Shown here one piece after another: positions 18,001 to 29,568 of a DNA stretch of 64,000 nucleotides. Made by a program: the position numbers and the translations under genes. Location of the stretch: contig OZ024743.1 of assembly GCA_964016885.1 (NCBI GenBank), positions 74,710,001 to 74,774,000 of the forward strand. The letters are read 5' to 3'. The notes under the pieces are model-generated. The model worked only from the letters and a program-made list of their open reading frames with translations. It did not search any database and had not been told where the DNA came from. Each line of letters begins with the position of its first letter. The stretch's first letter is position 1. The DNA is from Eledone cirrhosa (Eukaryota).

Positions 18001-20320
18001 ATCATAGACACCACAACACCTATATGTAGCCATAGACACCACAACACCTATCTGTAGCCATAGACACCACAACACCTATCTGTGACCATAGACACCACAA
18101 CACCTATCTGTAGCCATAGACACCACAACACCTATCTGTGACCATAGACACCACAACACCTATCTGTGACCATAGACACCACAATACCTATATGTAGCCA
18201 TAGACACCACAACACCTATCTGTAGCCATAGACACCACAACACCTATCTGTGACCATAGACACCACAACACCTATCTGTGACCATAGACACCACAACACC
18301 TATCTGTGACCATAGACACCACAACACCTATCTGTAGCCATAGACACCACAACACGTAACTGTAGCCATAGACACCACAACACCTATCTGTGACCATAGA
18401 TACCACAACACCTGTCTGTAGCCATAGACACCACAACACCTATCTCTGACCATAGACACCACAATACCTATCTGTGACCATAGATACCACAACACCTATC
18501 TGTAGCCATAGACACCACAACACCTATCTGTGACCATAGATACCACAACACCTGTCTGTAGCCATAGACACCACAACACCTATCTGTAGCCATAGACACC
18601 ACAACACCTATCTGTAGCCATAGACACCACAACACCTATATGTAGCCATAGACACCACAACACGTATCTGTGACCATAGACACCACAACACCTATCTGTA
18701 GCCATAGACACCACAACACCTATCTGTGACCATAGTTACCACAACACCTATCTGTGACCATAGACACCACAACACCTATCTGTAGCCATAGACACCACAA
18801 CACCTATCTGTGACCATAGATACCACAACACCTATCTGTGACCATAGACACCACAACACCTATCTGTAGCCATAGACACCACAACACCTATCTGTAGCCA
18901 TAGACACCACAACACCTATCTGTAGCCATAGACACCACAACACCTATATGTAGCCATAGACACCACAACACCTATCTGTGACCATAGACACCACAACACC
19001 TATCTGTGACCATAGACACCACAACACCTATCTGTAGCCATAGACACCACAACACCTATCTGTAGCCATAGACACCACAACACCTATATGTAGCCATAGA
19101 CACCACAACACGTATCTGTGACCATAGACACCACAACATCTATCTGTGACCATAGACACCACAACACCTATCTGTAGCCATAGACACCACAACACGTATC
19201 TGTGACCATAGACACCACAACACCTATCTGTGACCATAGACACCACAACACCTATCTGTAGCCATAGATACCACAACACCTATATGTAGCCATAGACACC
19301 ACAACACCTATCTGTGACCATAGACACCACAACACCTATCTGTGAACATAGACACCACAACACCTATCTGTAGCCATAGACACCACAACACCTATATGTA
19401 GCCATAGACACCACAACACCTATCTGTGACCATAGACACCACAACACCTATCTGTGACCATAGACACCACAACACCTATATGTAGCCATAGACACCACAA
19501 CACCTATCTTTAGCCATAGACACCACAACACCTATCTGTAGCCATAGACACCACAACACCTATATGTAGCCATAGACACCACAACACCTATCTGTGACCA
19601 TAGACACCACAACACCTATTTGTGACCATAGACACCACAACACCTATCTGTGACCATAGACACCACAACACCTATCTGTGACCATAGATACCACAACACC
19701 TATCTGTAGCCATAGACACTACAACACCTATCTGTGACCATAGACACCACAACACCTATCTGTGACCATAGACACCACAACACCTATCTGTAGCCATAGA
19801 CACCACAACACCTATCTGTGACCATAGACACCACAACACCTATCTGTAGCCATAGACACCACAACACCTATCTGTGATCATAGACACCACAACACCTATA
19901 TGTAGCCATAGACACCACAACACCTATCTGTAGCCATAGACACCACAACACCTATCTGTGACCATAGATACCAGAACACCTATCTGTAGCCATAGACACC
20001 TCAACACCTATCTGTAGCCATAGACACCACAACACCTATATGTAGCCATAGACACCACAACACCTATATGTAGCCATAGACACCACAACACCTATCTGTA
20101 GCCATAGACACCACAACACCTATCTGTAGCCATAGACACCACAACACTTATATGTAGCCATAGACACCACAACACCTATCTGTAGCCATAGACACCACAA
20201 CACCTATATGTAGCCATAGACACCACAACACCTATCTGTAGCCATAGACACCACAACACCTATATGTGACCATAGACACCACAACACCTATCTGTAGCCA
20301 TAAACACCACAACACCTATC
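1..20320. repeat. 28-bp tandem satellite, consensus TAGACACCACAACACCTATCTGT(AG/GA)CCA, ~725 copies, continues beyond window start
   Basis: Read directly. Phase holds from base 1 to 20161 (=720x28+1, again TAGACACCAC). Rare variants recur at 4312/4900-bp and 1036/2128-bp spacings. Confidence 0.99.
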
Positions 20321-20324
20321 TATT

Positions 20325-20384
20325 CCAGTACCTATCGATGGCTATAGGTAATCCAGTACCTATCGATGGCCACAGACATTCCAG
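20325..20384. repeat. Two diverged 28-bp units at the satellite edge (CCAGTACCTATCGATGGC...)
   Basis: CCAG recurs at 20325, 20353 and 20381 (period 28). The second unit matches the satellite consensus at 19/28 positions. Confidence 0.75.
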
Positions 20385-20605
20385 CTATGTCAATCCCGTA
20401 TTTTCAGACAATGCAACTCAGGCTATATCATGAAAAATATTCTTTAACTTTTAGAGATGGTTTGGTATGACTTTTGGGAATTTTGGCACCGACTGTTATT
20501 TCTGAAAGATGGATTGACTACATAGAAGATCTCTCACTGACTTTCTCTCTGCTATACAATATTTCAATGTGGTTCTTTTTCTAGCTAGTTATATTTAGAA
20601 TAATA

Positions 20606-21220
20606 GTTGTTTCTGATTTAGGCACAAGGCCAAGTATTTGGGTGGAAGGGAAATTCGATTAAATCGACACCAGTGCGTTACTGGTACTTTATTTTATCGA
20701 CCTCGTAAGGATGAAAGGCAAAGCTATCCTCGGTTGGATTTGAACTCAGAAACGTAAAGGGCCGTAACTATATGCTGCAAATCATGTTGCCCGATGCTCT
20801 ACCGATTCTATCAATACCACATGTTGAATAATAATATGTTCTACTTTTTGGCCAAAGGCCAGCAATTATTCCAGTGTATTACTGGTACTTTATTTTATCG
20901 ACCCCGTAAGGATGAAAGGCAAAGTTAACCTCGGCGTGATTTGAACTCAGACCATAAAGGGCCGTAACTATTTGCTTCAAAGCATGGCATCCGACCCTCT
21001 ACCGATACTAACAATCCACCGCCATATGTTGAATAATAATTTTCTACTTTTGGCACAAGGCCAGCAATTACACAGTGCATTACTGGTACTTTATTTTATC
21101 GACCCCGTAAGGATGAAAGACAAAGTTAACCTCGGCAGGATTTGAACTCAAACCATAAAGGGCCGTAACTCTTTGCTTGCAAAGCATGGCGTCCGACCCT
21201 CTACCGATACTGCCAATCCA
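20606..21220 (-). mobile_element. Three head-to-tail copies of tRNA-derived SINE family 1 (~20606-20820, 20836-21022, 21038-21220)
   Basis: The minus strand carries A-box TGGCAGTATCGG, B-box GAGTTCAAATCC and the core GCCTTTCATCCTTACGGGGTCGATAAAATAAAGTACCAG shared with many copies in the window. The core resembles the Meta-type SINE domain (from memory). Confidence 0.92.
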
Positions 21221-22289
21221 CAATGAAATGTAATTATTCTTGGCTACGTTTTACTATTAGTCTAAGACCGTGCTTAAAGATAAAGAGACTGGGTACATCC
21301 TTGAACCTATTATTGTTTTCTATTGTGGATCATTGATAACGCATGAAATATTACACACAACAGCTATCATTCCAGTTACTAAGCTAGATCTCTATAGATT
21401 ACGAAGGTCGTATGTGAGTGTCTTCCTTTTACCTTAAGATGCAAAGTAAAATGGCCGCCATATACCAACGTTGATGATATATGAGTAACATATATTTAAC
21501 GTATTTGTAAAATATAGCAGAACTTTGTTGGCTAAAACATTATTCCATATAAATATAGCATTTCATATAGTCTCGGGTCTTCAATAATCCTTCCCCCAAT
21601 GTAACACATGCCAAAAAAAAAAAACATTACAAGAAATCCCATAAGTTATAAAACAAATAGGACCGACTGTGGTCTCAGTATGTAAACTAGATGACTAATT
21701 CCAATTAAAAAGAAAAACATCAGTGGAAAAACAACCTAGAAAAATTATTGATTTTCCACACGCCATCCCCACCTCGGCTTATTCTAGTCCACAGATCCCA
21801 CGCTTATTCTCACCCTCCTATTATTTGGGGCCCGAGAGTAATATAGTGTTTGCTACATTTGAAAGCATTTTTCATGTAACTCATACATTTTCCTGTTAAA
21901 CTGTATGATATACTGGTTCTGTTGAATCCAAGCATATCAGCATATAGAGATAAAACGTTGATCAATCGATTTCAGATTATTTGAATTATATAAAGCAAAA
22001 CTGATTATAAAACTAATAAATATTGTTATTCATTTTGTTTTCCCATTTAAAGCAATGTAATCGATGTCTGCGATGGAGAAAACCACATATATATTTAAAA
22101 CAACAATTTCAATAATGTGTTTGAGGATTTAAAAAATAGCTGTGGTAATAAAAAGTGTAAAGTGTTTAACTCAACTGTGGATATGGAAAACACGAGCTGT
22201 TGGATGTTCTGACGTCAAATTTATGGCGTTGTTAAAATTATTAGCTCCTAAGTAGTATGTCCAAATATCGACGTTCATTGATAGGTGTG

Positions 22290-22885
22290 TAGTAGAGCGT
22301 GTAGCAGTGGAGACCTCCGGCGTTCTTGGGCCCCGGACCACATCCCTACTCACTGCTATAGGAACGGGCTTGGCTGCCCGTAGGTGTGATTCTGTAGCAG
22401 GGGAGACCTCCGGCGTTCTTGAGCCCTGGATCACATCACTACTCATGGAATGCCTGCCTTGGGGTGCCATCTCCTTGAGGTGGAATAGCTGTTCCAGCGC
22501 GTCTCCTTAAATGTCCTCTGGGACAATGTATTCTCCATCCTCTTAGCCGGGACCCTGAGGTGGAGGGCAAGTTAGTTGGAGGTGGAGGGTGCTCGTTCGA
22601 ACGTCAACATACCCACACATACTCAACCACGAGCTTCTGTTATTCCTCTCACACTAGATTTTATCAACCACAGAGTGCTGTTGGCTGTCAGCTGGTGCGA
22701 CCCCACTAGGTGGAGTGGTAGCTCCAGCACGTCTTCCTCTCCATCCTCCGGGGCAATGTATTTTTCCATTCTATCGACCGGGACCCAGAAGTGGAGGGTA
22801 AGTTAGTTGGAAGAGGAGGATACTCGTTCTGACGTCACACATTTTCATTACTTCATATGAATATTGATAGCTTTTTCGTGATTTC
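22290..22885 (+). mobile_element. Two tandem 3' remnants of a CRE-like non-LTR retrotransposon (restriction-like endonuclease C-terminus)
   Basis: AVETSGVLGPRTTSLLTAIG (internally duplicated) matches the better copy at 41618. The 3' end GGAGGG(C/T)AAGTTAGTTGGA occurs twice (~22562, ~22794). The tail 22850-22885 is the reverse complement of 43541-43580. Confidence 0.7.
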
Positions 22886-23147
22886 ATAATTGTAATTCAG
22901 TGAAGAGTAGTAGGATGATTGTTGAAATGGATAAATTGCAATAAAGTTTATCAGGAAATTGGAGGAAATGAGAGGGCTACTACCAACTGTTTCTAGCTAA
23001 TATAAGTTGGCATCTATAGGCTTTGTCTCCCTTTCCAGAATAAACAGAGTGTAGCCAGTTAAGATCTATAACGCGTTCCAGTTCTCATTTATTTCCATGT
23101 TTGTATATACAGTTATCATGTATGTATACTGCGAAGGTTAGAACATT

Positions 23148-23465
23148 CGGTTTAGTGGTTAGAGCGCTGGGATGGCAATCGTGAGGCTGAGTTCGATTCT
23201 AAGACCGGGTGATGCGTTGTATCCTTGAGCAAGACACTTTATTTTCACGTTGCTCCAGTTTATTCAGCTGATGAAATGAGTTGTGATGTCACTGGTGCCA
23301 AGCTGTATCGGCCATTGCCTTTCCCTTGGACAACAACGGTGGTGTGGAGAGGGGAGGCTGGTATGTATGGCCGACTGCTGGTCTTTCACAAACAACCTTC
23401 CCCAGACTTGTAGCCCGGAGGAGAACTTTCTAGGTGCAAATCCCGTGGTCATTCGTGACCGAAGG
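23148..23465 (+). mobile_element. tRNA-derived SINE family 2
   Basis: GGTTTAGTGGTTAGAGCG head, GAGTTCGATTC B-box, core TCCTTGAGCAAGACACTTTATTTTCACGTTGCTCCAG shared with 24510, 28508, 30648 and 44010. Confidence 0.88.
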
Positions 23466-24439
23466 GTGTGTTTATCCTTTTTGTGTTTTATATGAAGTTT
23501 TTCCAGTTGGATATCTCCTGTTATATTCCAATGTTTACCTCTCTTGATATCTATAATCAAAATCTCTGATTTGTATGTTATCAATAATGTGGCTAATAGT
23601 AACAATTCAATATCTATAATGTTATCATTTTAATCAGCATAAATATCAAACAACTATTTTTACCAAAACATAGTTTGTAATGGATATAATGCAAATGTAT
23701 ATTTTGAAAGAAATCACATAGTAGCATATGTTAAAACCTTGCTATTTTTGTTTCAAATTTATAGAAACTGTCAGTTAGGGTGTTCTTTAAAATCTACGAA
23801 AAGTGCGCACTTTAATCGATTCTACTTCGCCTACACACTCTGAATTATCTCCAGCTCAACACAGCAGGCCATTAACATTAATGAGTAAACGCTATTCATC
23901 AATTTAATTGATTTTTTTAATGTAAAATTCTGCAGATTACAGCGCACTAACAACCAGTAACATTGCAGCATTTACATTGAGAGGAATTTCCCTCGTTCAT
24001 TTTGCATCCTGAATGTCATATATAAGGAAACAGATTACTATATAGTCAGCCAATGATTCACTATTTGCTGTTTGCTTTTTGGAATTTATAGCAAACATAT
24101 TCTTGGAAGCTTCTCAATCATTTTCCATAACAATATTTTCTTCTGTAAATTTCTTATAGGAAATATGGTAAAATTCTTTAAAGAAATATGGTGTAATAAT
24201 CTCGTCTATATTTGCTAACAAAATCTGTCAACTATACACATCCCTAAATGATTACAAGGGAAACTGTTTAGATATTTGTATAATTATTATTCTTGTGCGT
24301 TTGTGATGAGGATGGAGAGAGATTTGATAGGCGAGGGTGCGAGGAAAAAGATTGAGGAGAAGAATGTTGAAAGAGGAATAGTAACTGTATGAAGAGGAAG
24401 AAAAAGAAAAGAACCTTTACTTCAAATATATTTGTTTCA

Positions 24440-24812
24440 AATTTATACAGCCAAATATTTTTGTGGGAATGAAAAGTCGATTATATCGACCCCACTACTT
24501 GACTGTGAATGCGCATGGCTTAGTGGTTAGAGCATTGGGCTTGTAATCGAAAGGTTGTGATTTCAATTCTCGGACCGGGTGATGTGTTGTTTCCTTGAGC
24601 AAGACACTTTATTTCACGTTGCTCCAGTTTACTCAGCTGTAGAAATGATATGATAGGACTGGGTCCCTATCATTAAGTTACCCAAGACACCTCCAGCCAG
24701 ATTGCATAGGTGTGAGCTGTCACACATACACACACACATTACTTGACTATTAATTTAACGATCCCGGAAGGATGAAAGACAAAGTTGACCTCAGTGAGAT
24801 TTGAACTCATAA
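24440..24812 (-). mobile_element. SINE family 1 copy split by a nested insertion
   Basis: GTCGATTATATCGACCCC on the left and CGATCCCGGAAGGATGAAAGACAAAGTTGACCTC...GATTTGAACTC on the right of the insert. Confidence 0.8.
24505..24739 (+). mobile_element. SINE family 2 insertion with 9-bp target-site duplication TACTTGACT
   Basis: TACTTGACT at 24496-24504 and 24740-24748. Head GCGCATGGCTTAGTGGTTAGAGC. Confidence 0.85.
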
Positions 24813-24819
24813 CAGAAAG

Positions 24820-25007
24820 TTGATGGTGGATTCTGCCCATCCAGAACAAGATGATAGGATAACATATATGAGCTTAGCTGATCTCGCTTGGGGATGAAGT
24901 TAGATCAGTTGGAAACAGTTGCTTCTGACAGGATCCACTGGAAGGAATGTTTGAGAACTCTACCTCCTACACGACAATCTCAAGAAGAAGAAGAAGAAGA
25001 AGAAGAA
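24820..25007 (+). mobile_element. 3' fragment of an RTE-like LINE with (GAA)n tail
   Basis: LGMKLDQLETVASDRIHWKECL then (GAA)n. Homologous to 28143-28440 and 42757-42830. Confidence 0.75.
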
Positions 25008-25974
25008 ATACCAAATTATATGAAAAAAGTATTATTTTCGCCTGACATAATATCTACATTTTTATACAATTCGTTTAGAATAAATAACCTTGCTTCCAAT
25101 TTAATGGTTTCGGGGTTTTTATAATAAAATTAAAACATTTGAAATGTAATTAAAGATATTCTAAGACCTATCCAAATTTACAAAGTTTTGTTAAATTCCT
25201 TTGCCGGGCGAATCTAAGGTTAATTGCGCTTCACACAATGACTCTAATCAAATAGACAGTTATGTTTTAAAATATAGAGATGACGAATGTTGGGAGTAAG
25301 GGAAATGTATGTGTGGAATGTATTGGAATGAGTTACAAAGTGAGATCTATTTCACTACGAAGTCAGTAGCCTGTGAAAAAAGGTTTTTAGATTTAAAAAG
25401 GTGGCAGATAAAGTAGGTAAATGAAAACCATAACATCGAAGCCAACCTGTTAGAGAAGACATCGCAGGAGTATGTGTAGGTATATCTTGCTATATTTAAG
25501 AGGGCATACAGCTTGTGGTAAGTTTAAACACAGTAGAGGGTCAAAGAATTGACTGGATGAAGTCAAATGCTGGGATACACGTGTTCAGTCTCTGGGAAGA
25601 CAAGGACCAAAGCTTTAAAGGCAATATCAGATGCAGCTGGATCTGGTAGAAGAGCAACAAAAGCGACCTCCATACCACGTGAGAGGCCTCGTGTTTGTAT
25701 TTTTAACACACTCTAAAGGGAGTAATTCTGAGTTAGTCGTGGTTAGTAAGTGTTGGCGATAGCGACGGCGACGCTGTTGACGTCTCACCGCTTCCATGAA
25801 CCAGCGTTGTTTTTCCAATTCAATAAAGTGTTTAAATATAAGTTTGAAAGCAGCGGCAACGGAGAGGAATTTTAGCTAGAGCATGTCAACAAAATCTCCA
25901 TACGGTTTAAATACTCAGCCAGTTTCCGTATGGCTAAATATCAGTAGAAGGACACCCAGTAGTCGTGACCTGGA

Positions 25975-26398
25975 TACATACATACATGGTGGCTGCCAAC
26001 TCGTTTTCGAGTACGGCCACTACCTTATATCCATGTAGGAGAACCCCTACCGATGCGCTGAACGAGTGTGACTTTTCAGTCCAGCCAGCGACTTGAACAC
26101 TCTGGTACAAACACTACTCTTGTGACAATTACTGACACATATGTGCTGGGCCCATTGTACCATGTGATGACAAGTGCAGAGAGATCTGAAGATATAAAGC
26201 ATTGCCTGTGCCGTGAAGCTTTTATAGTGAGCAAAGGCACTGCACAAAGCCAGTCCCACTCTCTTAACCAAGATGATATTTACCAAAAAGAAGAACAAGT
26301 CAACATCATTGGATATCATCAGGGTTGCAGGTGTTATATCAGAGTTTTCCTTCTCCTAGAATTCTGCCTTGACACAGGCTAAGGGGTCATCTCTCCCG
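25975..26398 (-). mobile_element. Short internally deleted RTE derivative: 5'-UTR-like part + last zinc finger + 3' tail
   Basis: VCTRVFKSLAGLKSHTRSAHR* resembles the last finger of the RTE at 61866. The 3' end GCAGCCACCATGTATG resembles 61532-61560. AGTTTTCCTTCTCCTAG...AGGCTAAGGGG resembles RTE 5' ends. Confidence 0.65.
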
Positions 26399-26399
26399 A

Positions 26400-26710
26400 C
26401 ATACATACATACATACATAATAATAATGATGATGGCTGCCCCCTCGTTATCGAGTATGGCCATTGCACGATATAACATTATTAATAATTATTAATTAATG
26501 CCATCGTGCAATGCCTGTTCGTGAGGAAAGACTGTGCACTGAGCCAATCTCACTCTCTGAGCTACAGTAGCTATAACCCGAAAAGAAGAAAAGATCAAAA
26601 TCATCGGTAACTACTGAACCGCAGGTTTTATGTCGGAGTTATCCCAGTTTCCGGAGTTGCCCTCTCCTAGAAGAATGCCCTGACAAAGGTTAGGGGTCCT
26701 TCACTCCCAG
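26400..26710 (-). mobile_element. Second short RTE derivative (5' part + 3' terminus with (TATG)n tail)
   Basis: GATGGCTGCCCCCTCGTTATCGAGTATGGCCATTGCACGA is identical to 61547-61586. 26510-26710 aligns by eye with 26200-26398. Confidence 0.65.
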
Positions 26711-26717
26711 TGGTTAA

Positions 26718-26748
<31 letters not shown>

Positions 26749-26808
26749 GAAACACACACACACACACATACATACATACATTTAAATTTCTTCATGAGCA
26801 ACAATAAT

Positions 26809-26995
26809 TGTTTCTACATTTTGGCACAAAGCTAGCAATTAAATCAGTGTATTACTGGTACTTTATTTTATCGACCCCGTAAGGATGAAAGGCAAAGTTA
26901 ACCTCGGCGGGATTTGAACTCAGACCGTAAAAGGGACGTAACTATGCTAGAAAGCATGGCGTCCGACCCTCTACCGATACTGCCAATCCACCACC
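26809..26995 (-). mobile_element. SINE family 1, full length, with TSD CTTCAT(G/A)AGCAACAATAAT
   Basis: Family 1 core. Flanking duplication at 26790-26808 and 26995-27013. Confidence 0.92.
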
Positions 26996-27840
26996 TTCAT
27001 AAGCAACAATAATGACATCTTATATAAATAATTTCTAATTTTGGCACAAGACCAGCAATTTAGGTAAAGGCAAAGTAAATATTTTAAACTAACAACAAGA
27101 ACCTGCTATTACATATTTCTACAGTGACGGCATAAAACAGCAGTAACAAAAATACTCTATTGATTCTCTTAAATGTGTGAAAGACAGAATGAGAAAAATT
27201 GTAAATTTTGGTAAATTTGTCTATTTACATTTTCTTGCCTGAGTTGTAGATATTCGTCAGACTGTCAAATTATCAATGTAAAGAATGTAACGAAGTAGCT
27301 ATTGATCAAGCTTCAAATACCAAAATATCTAAAGGTATGAGTGAATCCATGTTGAAAGTAATGTTCTAATAATGTTATTTATTTGTGTATTTTTAATATT
27401 GTCTGGAAAAGTATTACTGCTGATCTGTTGAACTCTGCGGTTAGACATGAATCTGCTGGATTTCTGAACAACTTAAAGGTTAAATTAAATAAACATTTTC
27501 TTCAGCTTTTGTTTGTATCTCGAATAAATAATTTTGGTTGCGTTTAAATATATTTTTTAGAATTTTTCTTTTCGATTAAGATTTCTAATCTTAATAATTA
27601 ACACCATCAATGTAATCTGTAATATGATGTTTGTAATATCCTCCTCTACTCAATGTCATCATCATCATTCGTATCAAACCTGAATCTACAATATCAATAC
27701 AATACATGAGTAAATTTCTGTTTCTTTCATGACCGCATTTCTAATGAAATGCTCTCTATTCTAATGAATAATTTCGAGGGATTAACTAAAATTATTAATT
27801 ATTGGGTCTAATACAACTCTCAACAGCATGTACTAATAAT

Positions 27841-28024
27841 TGTTTATACTTTTGGCACAAGGCCAGCAATTATTCCAGTGTATTACTGGTACTTTATTTT
27901 ATCGACCCCGTAAGGATGAAAGACAAAGTTAACCTCGGCGGGATTTAAACTCAGACCATAAAGGGCCGTAACTCTTTGCTGCAAAGCATGGCGTCCGACC
28001 CTCTACCGATACTGCCAATCTACC
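27841..28024 (-). mobile_element. SINE family 1 with perfect 15-bp TSD GCATGTACTAATAAT
   Basis: TSD at 27826-27840 and 28025-28039. Family 1 core. Confidence 0.93.
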
Positions 28025-28142
28025 GCATGTACTAATAATACGCATTATACAAATAATTTTCGTCATTTTCTCTGTCACAATACAACACTTTCTTTTATGT
28101 AAAATGTACAAAATTACAGTTTAGACTTTCAAACAATCATAG

Positions 28143-28440
28143 GACTTCTTCTTCTTCGCCCACATGTTCCTGAGAGTGTCGGGGGGAGGGGGCAGAGTTC
28201 TCAAACCTTCTTTTCAGCGGGTCCTGTCAGAAGCAACCATCTCCAGCTGATCCGGCTGGATTCCCAAGCGAGACAGGCTAATCTCATGGATATTATCCAA
28301 CCATCTTCCTCCCCCTGGATCTCCTGCCTGTTGGTTTTGCCCGTAAAATATGTCCAGTAATTCTTTCCTGAGACATTCTAACCACATGCCCACAGTATCA
28401 AGTTTTTGCTCACCGTTTCCTGAAAAGTGCAGGAGTTGAC
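28143..28440 (-). mobile_element. 3' fragment of RTE-like LINE, (GAA)n tail
   Basis: RWLDNIHEISLSRLGIQPDQLEMVASDRTR. (CTT)n at 28144-28157. Confidence 0.75.
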
Positions 28441-28507
28441 ACATTAATAAAAAATAATTATAAGGTTTATAATATATTTTATGTTGTCATAACAGATGTT
28501 GGTGTGG

Positions 28508-28795
28508 GAAGGCGCGTGGCATTGTGGTTAGGGTTTACGGCTCAAGATCGTAAGGTTGTGAGTTCGATTCCCGGCAACGCGTTGTGTCCTTGAACAGGAC
28601 ACTTTATTTCACGTTGCTCCAATCAGCTGGCAAAAATGAGTTGGGTCAGCCTTGTCACATTCTGTGTCACGTTGAATCTTCCTGAGAACTACACATGTTT
28701 ATGGAATGCCCAGCCACTTGCTCATTAATTTCACGAGCAGGCTATTCCGTTGATCGTATCAATTGGAACTCACGTCGTCGCAACTGAAGGAATAC
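28508..28795 (+). mobile_element. SINE family 2 variant
   Basis: GGCGCGTGGCATTGTGGTTAGG head, GAGTTCGATTCC, GTGTCCTTGAACAGGACACTTTATTTCACGTTGCTCC. Confidence 0.88.
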
Positions 28796-28805
28796 TACTG
28801 CTACT

Positions 28806-29568
28806 AGCTGATGTCAGGGGGGTGACGTTTGATGGAATAGCTGCTACTACTATCGATGTCAGGGGAATGACGTTTGATGACATAGCTGCTGTCAGGGGAG
28901 TGACTTTTGATGGAATAGCTGCTGTCAGAGGAGTGACGTTTGATGGAATAGCTGCTGTCAGGGGAGTGACGTTTGATGGAATAGCTGCTGTCAGGGGAGT
29001 GACGTTTGATGGAATAGCTGATGTCAGTGGAGTGACGTTTGATGGAATAGCTGATGTCAGGGGAGTGACTTTGATGGAATAGCTGCTACTACTAGCTGCT
29101 GTCAGGGGAGTGACGTTTAATGGAATAGCTGCTGTCAGGAGAGTGACGTTTGATGGAATAGCTGCTACTACTACTAGCTGCTGTCAGGGGAGTGACGTTT
29201 GATGGAATAGCTGTTGTCAGGGGAGTGATGTTTGATGGAATAGCTGCTGTCAGGGGAGTGACGTTTAATGGAATAGCTGCTGTCAGGAGAGTGATGTTTG
29301 ATGGAATACTGCTACTACTAGCTGCTGTCAGGGGAGTGACGTTTGATGGAATAGCTGCTGTCAGGGGAGTGACGTTTAATGGAATAGCTGCTGTCAGGAG
29401 AGTGGTGTTTGATGGAATACTGCTACTACTAGCTGCTGTCAGGGGAGTGACGTTTGATGGAATAGCTGCTGTCAGGGGAGTGACGTTTAATGGAATAGCT
29501 GCTGTCAGGAGAGTGGTGTTTGATGGAATACTGCTACTACTAGCTGCTGTCAGGGGAGTGGCGTTTGA
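28806..29568. repeat. 33-bp minisatellite GCTGCTGTCAGGGGAGTGACGTTTGATGGAATA with a 111-bp higher-order unit
   Basis: Read directly. The GGAATACT variant recurs at 29303, 29414 and 29525 (period 111 = 33+33+45). Confidence 0.97.

Larger units (their letters stand above)
21230..27830 (-). pseudogene. Decayed Toll-like receptor-like pseudogene, copy A (LRRs, Cys cluster, LRRs, juxtamembrane, TIR), broken by many TE insertions
   Basis: Manual minus-strand translation across stops/frameshifts, in order: IQQIH-SNRRVQQISSNTFPDNIK (~27390-27465); NLTKL-VNLDRS*NIFNYI (~25147-25200); SQCKCCNVTGC*CAVIC (~23932-23982); LYNSNNLKSIDQRF (~21952-21993); LLIYHQRWYMAAILL (21433-21491); YD-FVIY (~21394-21412); TIENNNRFKDVPSLF (~21282-21326). 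Confidence 0.6.

Noticed and set aside
9816-19279. Three identical 83-aa ORFs
   Set aside because: Chance stop-free stretches of the satellite. They only mark the higher-order repeat.
1-20320. CRISPR array (28-bp repeats)
   Set aside because: Units are contiguous with no unique spacers, there are no cas genes, and the context is eukaryotic.
21433-21491. Signal-peptide first exon MLLIYHQRWYMAAILLCIL with AG/GT donor (minus)
   Set aside because: Better explained as the juxtamembrane segment of the TLR relic, since TIR-like motifs follow directly.
23268-23280. CTGATGA as a hammerhead core
   Set aside because: Part of the SINE body (CAGCTGATGAAATGAG), with no stem II/GAAA arrangement.
27250-27334. 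Plus-strand exon candidate (IFVRLSNYQCKECNEV..., AG/GT bounded)
   Set aside because: No partner exons or recognisable domain. The opposite strand gives LRR-like motifs.
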